This document shows, piece by piece, positions 7,789 through 16,210 of a stretch of DNA of 29,018 nucleotides (its first letter is position 1; the number at the start of each line of letters is the position of its first letter). The notes below the pieces were generated by a model. That model worked only from the letters and a program-made list of their open reading frames with translations. It was not told the origin of the DNA and made no database searches. The translations under genes were made by a program, and so were the position numbers. Source of the stretch: Thermoproteota archaeon (GTDB lineage: Archaea > Korarchaeota > Korarchaeia > Korarchaeales > Korarchaeaceae); assembly GCA_027491735.1 (NCBI GenBank), contig JAOZGP010000010.1:1-29018 (forward strand). The letters run 5' to 3'.

Positions 7789-9471
7789 TCATTTCTTGCT
7801 GCGTATGGAAGTACCTTCACAGACTTCCCGTACAGCTTCAAGGTACTTCATCCCGTATTCTTCTGATGGTTCTATGCTGGTATACTCATGCCACTCGTTG
7901 AAAGATGTTATTATAACGATCTTATGAGGCCAGGAATAGCTGAGGGCTATCCTCAACTGTTCCTTAAACCTATCAATGCTCCTCGGCAGCGGTATGTTCC
8001 CGGACCTCACAGCCCGGTCGTCAAAGCCTGGTATGGCTGAAGGGATGAAGTCCACCCTCTTAGTCCTCAAGAAGGTATACCACTCGCTGTATTTTTCTCT
8101 GAGCCTCTTCTCGAAGTTGTTCAGTATGCCGGGCACGCTTGTGTGCATGTTGTATGAGGTCACCCCATCGAAATACCGGACAACCTGTGAGGTCTCAGAG
8201 GGGCTCTGCCAGTACACCAGGTCCCCCAGCAGGTAGAACCCGTACCTCCTTCCGCACTCATGTATTGCCTTCAGGGCGCTTCTCGGCAGTGTTCGTGCCA
8301 AGTAGATCTCCACCACCGGCTTGCCGTTTATCCTTAGGTAGCGAGGGTCTCTGGAGTAGGTCCTGTTCAGGTAGCTGAAGTCCTCCTCAATCACCTTTTC
8401 GGCCTCGTTCAGGCTCAGACCTCCTATCCTGCCGGTGATCTCGTAGAGCACAGCGAACCTCATGCTTTTCGCCAGGGGGTTTTCCAGCATGTGGTTCTTA
8501 AGGGTCAGATCTTCGTAGCTCCCGGGACCCCACCAGCTGACTATGAAGAAGTCTATTCCATGTCCCGTTGCCCAGTCTATGTGCTTGGAGATCACTACCG
8601 GGTTTCTAGAGTCGTACTCGCCTAAGAGAGGCTTGCCCGTATATCCCTCGTCCCAGTGTCTTCCGATGCCGTACCAGGGGTAGTAATGGGCGCCAATGAG
8701 TACACTGTCCAACCTGGCCATATTCTCATATTCCCTTAGGTACGTGGTTCGTATCGTCTTCACCTGCGTGTTTCCAGCAGAATCCCTAACCTCAACTCTT
8801 ATCTCATATTCTCTACCACCAGCAAAGCCGGATACAGTGACAGAGAACTTCTCCCTTAGATCTCCATAGCTACCGTCTAATGGTGTTAGGTTGAAAGTCC
8901 TTATCTTCTCCTCTGGAAAAGCCTCGCTTGGAAGATTTTCGTAGTTGATGGGGATCCATGTAAGGACCGCAGAGACTATTGGATTACAGGAGTCCTCGGC
9001 TTCAAATGACACGGTGACCTCATATACCTTCTCGTTCATCACCTTAGACGGAGCCCACTTCAATCCTTCAATTACAAGAGCTGTAGGGTTAGCGTACTTG
9101 TCCCTCAAGAAGGAGAGCTCATCCCTCGTTATCCCACCATCCGCGGTCACTTGGTCTAAGTCCTCCAGGAAGTTCTTGCTGCTCGTCACGCTGGATGGTA
9201 GGGAGGCCACCAGGTTCACAAGCCTCACATCCATTGGATCTAATCGACCGTCCAGTCCTAGAGGCGCAAAGTGCTGGGAGAGCTTTTCCAGACCTTTCCT
9301 CCTCACGTATTCCAACACCGGGTTGACGCTGGACGAGGTCCTCCTCTGTGATACGTTTTGGGAGGTTTCCCTTGTTGAGGCAGGGTGTGGTCCTCCCGCC
9401 CATCGAAGCATGAGGACCACAAGAACAGCTAGGACGACAAGCACGGATAGACGTAAGAGAGGCCTCCTCAT
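7789..9471 (-). CDS. Membrane-anchored glycoside hydrolase, GH99/GH71-like (endo-alpha-mannosidase-like)
   Basis: N-terminal TM, Ser/Thr linker, beta-rich middle domain, then AHYYPWY, PLLGEYDS, HGIDFFIVSWWG, PGFDDR and ITSFNEWHEYTSIEP (GH99 ExxE motif). Confidence 0.8.
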   Translation of the reverse strand: MRRPLLRLSVLVVLAVLVVLMLRWAGGPHPASTRETSQNVSQRRTSSSVNPVLEYVRRKGLEKLSQHFAPLGLDGRLDPMDVRLVNLVASLPSSVTSSKNFLEDLDQVTADGGITRDELSFLRDKYANPTALVIEGLKWAPSKVMNEKVYEVTVSFEAEDSCNPIVSAVLTWIPINYENLPSEAFPEEKIRTFNLTPLDGSYGDLREKFSVTVSGFAGGREYEIRVEVRDSAGNTQVKTIRTTYLREYENMARLDSVLIGAHYYPWYGIGRHWDEGYTGKPLLGEYDSRNPVVISKHIDWATGHGIDFFIVSWWGPGSYEDLTLKNHMLENPLAKSMRFAVLYEITGRIGGLSLNEAEKVIEEDFSYLNRTYSRDPRYLRINGKPVVEIYLARTLPRSALKAIHECGRRYGFYLLGDLVYWQSPSETSQVVRYFDGVTSYNMHTSVPGILNNFEKRLREKYSEWYTFLRTKRVDFIPSAIPGFDDRAVRSGNIPLPRSIDRFKEQLRIALSYSWPHKIVIITSFNEWHEYTSIEPSEEYGMKYLEAVREVCEGTSIRSKK

Positions 9472-9493
9472 ACCATCTATTTAAGAGAACTAG

Positions 9494-9526
9494 ATTACTC
9501 AAAACTATTACTCAAAAACTTTTAAT
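9494..9526. promoter_or_regulatory. Divergent promoter region with a 13/14-bp tandem repeat
   Basis: ATTACTCAAAACT (9494-9506) and ATTACTCAAAAACT (9507-9520) run into the BRE/TATA-like AAAAACTTTTAAT. Confidence 0.5.
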
Positions 9527-9647
9527 TCCAACAAACATGCCGTCAGGATAACCCACGATGAGCTGGGTGCCACAATCCGTCTGACGACAAGCGAAAGATT
9601 TTTCTGGAAGAGGGCGCCAGTATTCGATCTCATAGCAGAGGAGTTGC

Positions 9648-11579
9648 ATGTCCAGCAGAGGAACGAGGAAGACGGGTAAAAAACAGAGAAAATCGTTTGG
9701 GCCCGTGGAAAGTCTTGAGGAACACGTTCCCTCTGACTGGTGGAGACGGATATTCAACTCCATCTACCTCAAGACGGATGGCGACGTCGTGAACAACCCA
9801 TCGATCACGAAGAGGGAGGTGGATCTCTTCACGAGGGTCCTCAAGCTATCCCCTGAGGACAGGGTGCTGGACCTTTGCTGTGGTCACGGAAGGCACACGC
9901 TCGAGCTAGCGAGAAGAGGCTTCAAAAACGTTGAGGGTTTGGATATCTCCCGCTACCTTGTGCAGAAAGCAAGATCTCAGGCCAAGAGGGAGGGACTCAG
10001 GATCAGATTCAGGATCGGTGATGCCAGGAAGCTGCCCTATCACGAGAACGCCTTCGATGTGGTCATGATCCTGGGGAACAGCTTCGGCTACTTCGAAACA
10101 ATTGAGGAGGATATGAGGGTTCTAAGGGAGGTCTTCAGGGTCCTCAAGCCCTATGGGCGGATCCTCATAGACGTTGCAGATGGGGAGTACTTGAGGGAGA
10201 ATTTTAAGCCGAGATCCTGGGAGTGGATTGATAGAAAGCACTTCGTCTGTCGTGAGCGATCCCTTTCACTCGACAAACAGCGCCTGATCTCAAGGGAGAT
10301 CTTCACTCATATCGAGAAAGGAGTTGTTGTCGATCAGTTCTATGCTGAGAGGCTTTACACACGGGAAGGTTTGAAGGAGCTTCTGGAAAGAGCAGGTTTC
10401 AGTGATGTCACCTTCCACGGAGCTATCACCTCGGATTCGCAGAGAGGTCAGGACCTCGGAATGATGGAGAAAAGAATTGTGGTGACTGCTATCGTGAGAA
10501 AAGATTGGAAACCGACTGTGAAGCAAAGAAAAGAGCTGAAGACGATCGTTGTGATCTTAGGCGATCCTACAAAAAGGGATCCCGTCAAGCCAGGGCAGAT
10601 CTTCGATGACGATGATCTCCACACGATCAGCAGATTGAAGGAGGCCTTGAGGGAGCTTGAGCCTAGGGGTTACAGGTTCGTGTACCTCAACAACCACAGC
10701 ACTTTGATCCACGATCTGATGAAGCTAAAGCGGATAGATCTCGTCTTCAACCTATGTGATGAGGGCTACAACAACGATCCGAGGAAGGAGCTTCATGTCC
10801 CGGCCTTGCTGGAGGTCCTCGGCATTCCATACACAGGAGCCCCACCACACTGCCTGGCTTATTGCTACGACAAGATGCTCGTTAGAAGCCTTGCGATGAA
10901 CATGGGGATTCCTGTGCCGTCTACATATGTCATCGAGCCAGGAACCATCTCATTCGAGATACCCTTCGAGTTTCCGGCCGTGGTGAAGCCGAACTTCGGG
11001 GATTCCAGTTTTGGAATAACGCAGAGGAGCGTGGTGAACAGCGCAGAGGAGCTTCTTAACGCGATCTCGGAGATCAGAGGTAGATTCGGTTACGACAAAC
11101 AGATCCTCGTCGAGGAATTTCTGCCCGGAGATGATCTAACGCTGGGGATAATAGGCAATCCCCCCGACGACTACGTTGTCCTTCCCATCACTAAGGAGGA
11201 CTACTCGTCGCTTCCGCCGGAGCTCCCGAAGATATGCGGGTATGAGGCGAAGTGGTGTCCACACTCCCCTTACTGGAACATAAAATCTGTTTCAGCTGAC
11301 CTTCCGGAGGAGGTCGAGAGGTTCATCGTTGAGTGCAGTCTGAAGCTCTTTGAGAGGCTTGAATGCAGGGACTACTGCCGATTTGATTGGAGGATTGACT
11401 CGAAGGGAAAGCCAAGGCTTTTGGAGGTGAACCCAAATCCCGGATGGTGCTGGGACGGACACCTCGCAAAGGCAGCAGGGATTGTGGGCATCCCCTACTC
11501 CGAAATGCTGGAAATGATACTGAGGACCGCCATGAGGAGGTTGAATTCGGGCGGAGGTGTTGCAGAGGAACCGAGATGA
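9648..11579 (+). CDS. Class I SAM-methyltransferase fused to a D-Ala-D-Ala-ligase-like ATP-grasp domain
   Basis: N-half: VLDLCCGHGRH, GDARKLPY, ILGNSFGYF, VLKPYGRILID. C-half: DLVFNLCDEG, LGIPYTG, DKM, VVKPNFGDSSFGI, LVEEFLPG, RFDWR, LEVNPNPG. Confidence 0.85.
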   Translation: MSSRGTRKTGKKQRKSFGPVESLEEHVPSDWWRRIFNSIYLKTDGDVVNNPSITKREVDLFTRVLKLSPEDRVLDLCCGHGRHTLELARRGFKNVEGLDISRYLVQKARSQAKREGLRIRFRIGDARKLPYHENAFDVVMILGNSFGYFETIEEDMRVLREVFRVLKPYGRILIDVADGEYLRENFKPRSWEWIDRKHFVCRERSLSLDKQRLISREIFTHIEKGVVVDQFYAERLYTREGLKELLERAGFSDVTFHGAITSDSQRGQDLGMMEKRIVVTAIVRKDWKPTVKQRKELKTIVVILGDPTKRDPVKPGQIFDDDDLHTISRLKEALRELEPRGYRFVYLNNHSTLIHDLMKLKRIDLVFNLCDEGYNNDPRKELHVPALLEVLGIPYTGAPPHCLAYCYDKMLVRSLAMNMGIPVPSTYVIEPGTISFEIPFEFPAVVKPNFGDSSFGITQRSVVNSAEELLNAISEIRGRFGYDKQILVEEFLPGDDLTLGIIGNPPDDYVVLPITKEDYSSLPPELPKICGYEAKWCPHSPYWNIKSVSADLPEEVERFIVECSLKLFERLECRDYCRFDWRIDSKGKPRLLEVNPNPGWCWDGHLAKAAGIVGIPYSEMLEMILRTAMRRLNSGGGVAEEPR

Positions 11580-11958
11580 GATGTACATCCACAGAATTTA
11601 CATCACGCCAAGCTCTCTCGACTAATCCTCAATAAACTTCCTTCTTTCTCCTCCTTCAGACTTTTCTATGAGATCCTTGAAGATCTTGCTATCATGAACC
11701 ACTCGTCCGTAACTCGTAAGCTGCGATCCGCTTTGTTTCAATGTCGACAGCGAAGTGGATCTTTACTACGTATTGTTCTATGCTTGTTTGTTCGACAAGG
11801 CACAGCGAGGAGGCAACAACCTTCAGACGGCAAAATGAGCTGTGGGTTTCTCAGATATCCGATGCGTGGGGCTTGCGTGACAGGCCCTTTTAGCGCGAGG
11901 ATGGACACGGTCTGTGACCGCTAAGCTCGGTGAACCTGTTCAAACCCGGGTGCGCGAG

Positions 11959-11979
11959 GAGCTGCTGTTACAGCAGCTC
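11959..11979. repeat. Perfect 10-bp inverted repeat with 1-nt spacer
   Basis: GAGCTGCTGT-T-ACAGCAGCTC, about 17 bp upstream of the TATA-like AAAACCTTAAAAG at 11997. Confidence 0.7.
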
Positions 11980-12073
11980 ACCGTCAGGACGACACTAAAA
12001 CCTTAAAAGCGAGGATCGGAGGTGATCTGCTGATCTCAGATCATCCACAAATGAGCTGAGGTGAACGCCTTTC

Positions 12074-12550
12074 ATGGCAACTTCTAAACCCTCATCGACT
12101 GAAGATGAAGGGGGGAAGGGCTCTACAAAACCCGGAGCTAGTGGATCAAAATCGGAACACTTGTCCTCGGGCCAGAAGCTTGTGTTAGCGGCCGTGATCC
12201 TCCTGATCGCAGCCGCCATAATCCTGGTAGCTGGCAACGAGGTTGAGGCCAACAGAACAGCAGTTCTTTCCTACTACTTCCTGGTCCTCGGGGTCACGAA
12301 CCTCCTGGTGGAGTACTCCAAGGAGGGCTGGCGGCCCACAGCTAGGCTCATCACAAGCCTCCTCCTGATAGCAATCCTCGCATGTGTAACCAAAGATCTG
12401 GCCTGCGATCCAACATCATGGGCTCTGCTCCTCATCCTATCGTCTTTCCTCGTCATCACGACATTCAGGATCAGGGTGAGCATAAGGATTCGGTGGAGAT
12501 CAGTCGAGCCTGAACGAATCGATTTTCATCGGAAACGTCAGAGGAATTAA
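12074..12550 (+). CDS. Small membrane protein (about 4 TM), hypothetical
   Basis: SD-like GAGGTGA at 12058, four hydrophobic segments, and an ANxxAxxxYYFLVLGV motif of the kind seen in small archaeal membrane proteins near glycosylation loci. Confidence 0.65.
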   Translation: MATSKPSSTEDEGGKGSTKPGASGSKSEHLSSGQKLVLAAVILLIAAAIILVAGNEVEANRTAVLSYYFLVLGVTNLLVEYSKEGWRPTARLITSLLLIAILACVTKDLACDPTSWALLLILSSFLVITTFRIRVSIRIRWRSVEPERIDFHRKRQRN

Positions 12551-12744
12551 GGGCTTCAGGTCTGTAGAGCTCAGGTGATCGGTGGCTCAGAGGCCCACCT
12601 CTCAAACAAACAATGATGGTCCATACCGACTCCTGCATTCGTCCGCACGATCGGCCGACATCTTGATCTAGAGGCTTCCACCTTCACGATCCATCAAAAA
12701 GTTGTTAAAGGGACGTGAGGTCTGACTTCATAGCTCAGAAGCAG

Positions 12745-13398
12745 TCACCTCTGGTAGGAGGCCACCACATAAAGCCCAAGACTTCTGGCGCGCTCCTGAG
12801 CTGATGGATGTATTAGGTAACCAAAGAGGACTCCTAGAACCTCCTTTCGACTTTCCTCAACCAGGGGCCTGTAGATCTCACTATAAAACTTGTCGACATC
12901 CCTTCTATGTATCCTCGACTTGCACTCGCCAACTACTACAACTCTTGAGCCGTTCCTGTATCCCTCCCCGTAGAGGTTCACCTCAACTTCCTCTCCTCGC
13001 AGGATCAGGAAGCGTCTCTCCAGCTCTTCTACTTCAACCCCAAGGTTCCTGTGCAACCATCCGGGCAGCACGACTCTAGCTATATCCTCTAGGCCGAACC
13101 CAACGACCTCAGAGAGCTTGCCCACTTCATGTCTCAGGGAGTCCACAGCCTTCGCCAGCCTTGCAACGACCTCCTCAGTCCTCCTCTGAGCCTCTGCAAG
13201 CTGATCTACCCTCTGAGCAAGCTGATCTACCCTCTGAGCAAGCTGATTCAGCCTCTCCTCAGTCCTCCTCTGAGCCTCTGCAAGCTGTCTCACAACATTT
13301 GTCAGTCTGTCGAACTCCTCTCTCGTGACCTTTATCTCCCTGACCTTGTCCTCAACGACCTTGGTCACAAATTCGTAGAGCTCAGGAGTTATGGTCAT
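12745..13398 (-). CDS. Archaeal heptad-repeat coiled-coil protein with C-terminal PD-(D/E)XK-like domain
   Basis: LAEAQRRTEE and LAQRVDQ repeats, then GFGLEDIAR, EVEVNLYG and VVGECKSRI (ExK). SD GGAGGT upstream. Confidence 0.8.
   Translation of the reverse strand: MTITPELYEFVTKVVEDKVREIKVTREEFDRLTNVVRQLAEAQRRTEERLNQLAQRVDQLAQRVDQLAEAQRRTEEVVARLAKAVDSLRHEVGKLSEVVGFGLEDIARVVLPGWLHRNLGVEVEELERRFLILRGEEVEVNLYGEGYRNGSRVVVVGECKSRIHRRDVDKFYSEIYRPLVEESRKEVLGVLFGYLIHPSAQERARSLGLYVVASYQR
13171..13287. repeat. Intragenic 21-bp tandem repeat nested between 33-bp direct repeats
   Basis: GCAAGCTGATCTACCCTCTGA at 13196 and 13217, plus a partial copy at 13238. CTCCTCAGTCCTCCTCTGAGCCTCTGCAAGCTG at 13171-13203 and 13255-13287. 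Confidence 0.9.
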
Positions 13399-13530
13399 TT
13401 CAACCTCCTGAATAACGGAGCTATGGTCTTATTAACTCTCCTCCAAAACAGTGATACTTTTCATTTGATCATGTTAGCATGGGACCAGAAACCAATAAAT
13501 AGTTGTAGGCATCCGTAAGGTGGTGGTTTC

Positions 13531-14856
13531 GTGGAGAGGTTGCTTGTTGTAGGGCTTGACTGCGTTCCCATGAGCTTGCTCCAGAGGTTCAGGGACGTGA
13601 TGCCCAACATCTCCTCTCTCACGGAGGAAGGCCTCTACGGAAACCTAAAGACTTGCTACCCGCCGATAACTGTTCCTGCTTGGGCCGTGATGGCCACTGG
13701 CAAACAGCCTGGGGAGATGGGAATATACGGCTTCAGGCACAGGAGAACCGGCACATACAACGGCATGTACATAATAACCTCCAAAGACCTCAAGGTGGAG
13801 GCGGTGTGGCACAAGCTCGCCAGAAATGGTGGGAGATCGATTCTGATCAGCTTCCCGCCCTCATATCCTCCCCCTATGATCAACGGGATTGTGGTAAGCG
13901 ATTTTCACACGCCATCAACGGCCGAAAACTACACCTTCCCTCCCTGGATCAGATCCGAGCTGGAGAGGAGGTTCGGCAGGTTCATATTCGATGTGGAGTT
14001 CAGGGTGGAGGACAGAGATCCCCTCGTGAGCAGGCTGTTCGAGATGACGGAGCAGCACTTCAAGGTTGTCAAGTACATGGCTCAGAAGAAGTGGGATCTC
14101 CTCTGGTACGTTGAGATAGGACCCGACAGACTCCACCACGCCTTCTGGAAGTTCTTCGATCCCGAGCATCCGAAGCATATCCCGGGCAACAAGTATGAGG
14201 ACATAGCCGAGAGATACTACAGGATGCTCGATGATAAAGTGGGTGAGCTGCTAGGCTCCATCGAAGCCCCGGTGTTGATAGTCTCGGACCACGGAGCTAA
14301 ACCGATGCATGGAGCCTTTGTCGTAAATGAGTGGCTTGCGGACAACGGTTACCTGAGGTTTGAGATGCCTGATGGAAGGAGGGACATCACGGAGGTCAAG
14401 GTGGACTGGGATCACACAGCTGCCTGGGGATGGGGTGGCTACTACTCCAGGATCTTCATAAACCTGAGAGGAAGGGAGCCCAATGGAAAGGTGAGCCCGG
14501 AGGACTACGACTCTGTGGTGGAGCAGATAAGGGACGATCTCTCAAGGGTCAGCACTCCTGATGGGAGGACCATGAGGAACATAGTCCACAGACCCCACGA
14601 GGTCTACAGGGAGGTCAGGGGAGACTACCCAGACCTCATGCTCTACGTTGATGACCTGAACTGGAGGGCCGCAGGAACTGTGGGATACGGGAGCTGGTAC
14701 CTTCCCGAGAACGACAAGGGTCCAGACGATGCCATGCACGACTGGCGTGGGATCTACATACTGTACGATCCTGAGCGGAGGGTGAAGGGGGGAGAGGAGG
14801 ATAGGGAGATATACGACATCAGGCCTCTGATCGAGAGGGTTATGGAGATTGACTGA
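13531..14856 (+). CDS. Alkaline phosphatase superfamily protein (type I phosphodiesterase / nucleotide pyrophosphatase-like)
   Basis: VVGLDC, PPITVPAW (Thr nucleophile), TGKQPG, DRLHH, VSDHG, DDAMHD. TATA-like CAATAAAT at 13493. Confidence 0.85.
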   Translation: MERLLVVGLDCVPMSLLQRFRDVMPNISSLTEEGLYGNLKTCYPPITVPAWAVMATGKQPGEMGIYGFRHRRTGTYNGMYIITSKDLKVEAVWHKLARNGGRSILISFPPSYPPPMINGIVVSDFHTPSTAENYTFPPWIRSELERRFGRFIFDVEFRVEDRDPLVSRLFEMTEQHFKVVKYMAQKKWDLLWYVEIGPDRLHHAFWKFFDPEHPKHIPGNKYEDIAERYYRMLDDKVGELLGSIEAPVLIVSDHGAKPMHGAFVVNEWLADNGYLRFEMPDGRRDITEVKVDWDHTAAWGWGGYYSRIFINLRGREPNGKVSPEDYDSVVEQIRDDLSRVSTPDGRTMRNIVHRPHEVYREVRGDYPDLMLYVDDLNWRAAGTVGYGSWYLPENDKGPDDAMHDWRGIYILYDPERRVKGGEEDREIYDIRPLIERVMEID

Positions 14857-14890
14857 GCTCAGACCCTTAAAAAATGCTCTTACAGGCCTT

Positions 14891-14917
14891 GGCGGCATGA
14901 GATCACCTCAAGCCGCC
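14891..14917. terminator. GC-rich hairpin between convergent genes
   Basis: GGCGGC-A-TGAG-ATCAC-CTCA-A-GCCGCC in the gap between the AP-family and TauE stop codons. Confidence 0.35.
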
Positions 14918-14919
14918 GT

Positions 14920-15678
14920 CTAAAGGCGGTAGCAGTTAACCAACACGGACACGCCGGCTACGAGTATCATCACGGAGAGCAAAAGTCGAAGAGACCTCCT
15001 CGAAATCCCCTTGTTCAGCCTGGTCCCAACAACAGTCCCTGGTAGAGAGCCCATCAGCAGGGCTCCCGCTATCGCCGGGTCAACTCCACCTATCGACATG
15101 TGGAACAGACACCCCAGCAGGGACGTGGTGAAGCCGAAGGCCAGATCGGTTCCGACCATCTTCCTGGGGGAACTCATGACCTTCATGAGGTATGGCATGA
15201 GCATTGAGCCGGCTCCGACGGACGTCAACTGGATGGCCAATCCCACAAGGAAGGACGTGCTGAGGAGACCTCTCCCCGCGCCGTCGGTGACCTCAGGTTC
15301 CTCTCCAAAGAACCTGTAGATGTGGAGAAGAGATACGCACACAAGCACCACGCCAACAGCTACAGCGATGACCTCGTTGAGCAGGGAGATCTCTCTGAAG
15401 TACTCTATCATGGCTGAGCTCACGGCCAGACCGACCAGACTTCCAACGAACAGGTTTTTGAGGACTGTCAGGTCGATATCCCCTCTCCTCATGTAGAGGG
15501 CAGATCCAAGCCCCTTATTCACTGTGTTAAACAGGAGGTCTGATCCCACAGCTATCCTGGGCTCCACTCCCATGAGTATCAGAAGAGGCGTTGTCAGGGA
15601 AGCCCCTCCTATCCCGGAGAGAGCTACAAGCACTCCTACAACGAAACCAGCCGTTGACAACAACAGGAGATCAATCAT
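14920..15678 (-). CDS. TauE/SafE (TSUP) family sulfite/sulfur-oxyanion transporter
   Basis: Duplicated motifs LSGIGGASLTTP...AVGSDL and LTSVGAGSMLMP...MVGTDL; about 8 TM. Confidence 0.9.
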   Translation of the reverse strand: MIDLLLLSTAGFVVGVLVALSGIGGASLTTPLLILMGVEPRIAVGSDLLFNTVNKGLGSALYMRRGDIDLTVLKNLFVGSLVGLAVSSAMIEYFREISLLNEVIAVAVGVVLVCVSLLHIYRFFGEEPEVTDGAGRGLLSTSFLVGLAIQLTSVGAGSMLMPYLMKVMSSPRKMVGTDLAFGFTTSLLGCLFHMSIGGVDPAIAGALLMGSLPGTVVGTRLNKGISRRSLRLLLSVMILVAGVSVLVNCYRL

Positions 15679-16198
15679 CCAGGTAACCCAGCTCCTCCAG
15701 CTTCCTCAGGATCTTATCTACGCACTCGTCCAGACTCTCCTTTTCGGTATCCACGACGACCTCTGGGTCGAGGGGCTCCTCATATGGATCTTGAAGTCCT
15801 GTCATGTTGGCTATCTCCCCCTTGAGGGCCTTCTTGTAGAGTCCCTTTGGATCTCTTCGAACGCAGGTCTCCAACGAGCACCTGACGTACACCTCCACGA
15901 AGTCACCGATGGCCTTTCTGGCCAGATCCCTCACCGATCTGTAAGGTGAGACAAAGGAGGCTATCACAGCTACGCCGTTCCTGGCCAAAAGCTTACACAC
16001 GTATGCAACCCTTTTAAGGTGAAGCTCTCTGTCCTCTCTGGAGAATCCCTCCTTAGGGCTCAGCCATCTCCTCACCTCATCTCCATCCAGAAGCTCCACG
16101 TTTCTTCCCTTCCTCCTCACCTCATAGGCCAACCTTCTGGCTATGGTCGTTTTGCCCGATCCGGGCAGCCCAGTAAGCCAGACGACGAACCCCTTCAT
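15671..16198 (-). CDS. cysC: Adenylyl-sulfate (APS) kinase
   Basis: WLTGLPGSGKTT, LDGDEVR, SFVSPY, RDPKGLYKKA, TGLQDPYEEP. Confidence 0.97.
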   Translation of the reverse strand: MKGFVVWLTGLPGSGKTTIARRLAYEVRRKGRNVELLDGDEVRRWLSPKEGFSREDRELHLKRVAYVCKLLARNGVAVIASFVSPYRSVRDLARKAIGDFVEVYVRCSLETCVRRDPKGLYKKALKGEIANMTGLQDPYEEPLDPEVVVDTEKESLDECVDKILRKLEELGYLDD

Positions 16199-16210
16199 GA
16201 GGTCACCTCC

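Noticed and set aside
11890-11958. tRNA-like GTTCAAACCCGG segment
   Set aside because: No acceptor stem, D arm or anticodon arm could be folded.
13171-13287. Possible CRISPR array
   Set aside because: The repeats are contiguous, in frame within a CDS and have no unique spacers; no cas genes are present.
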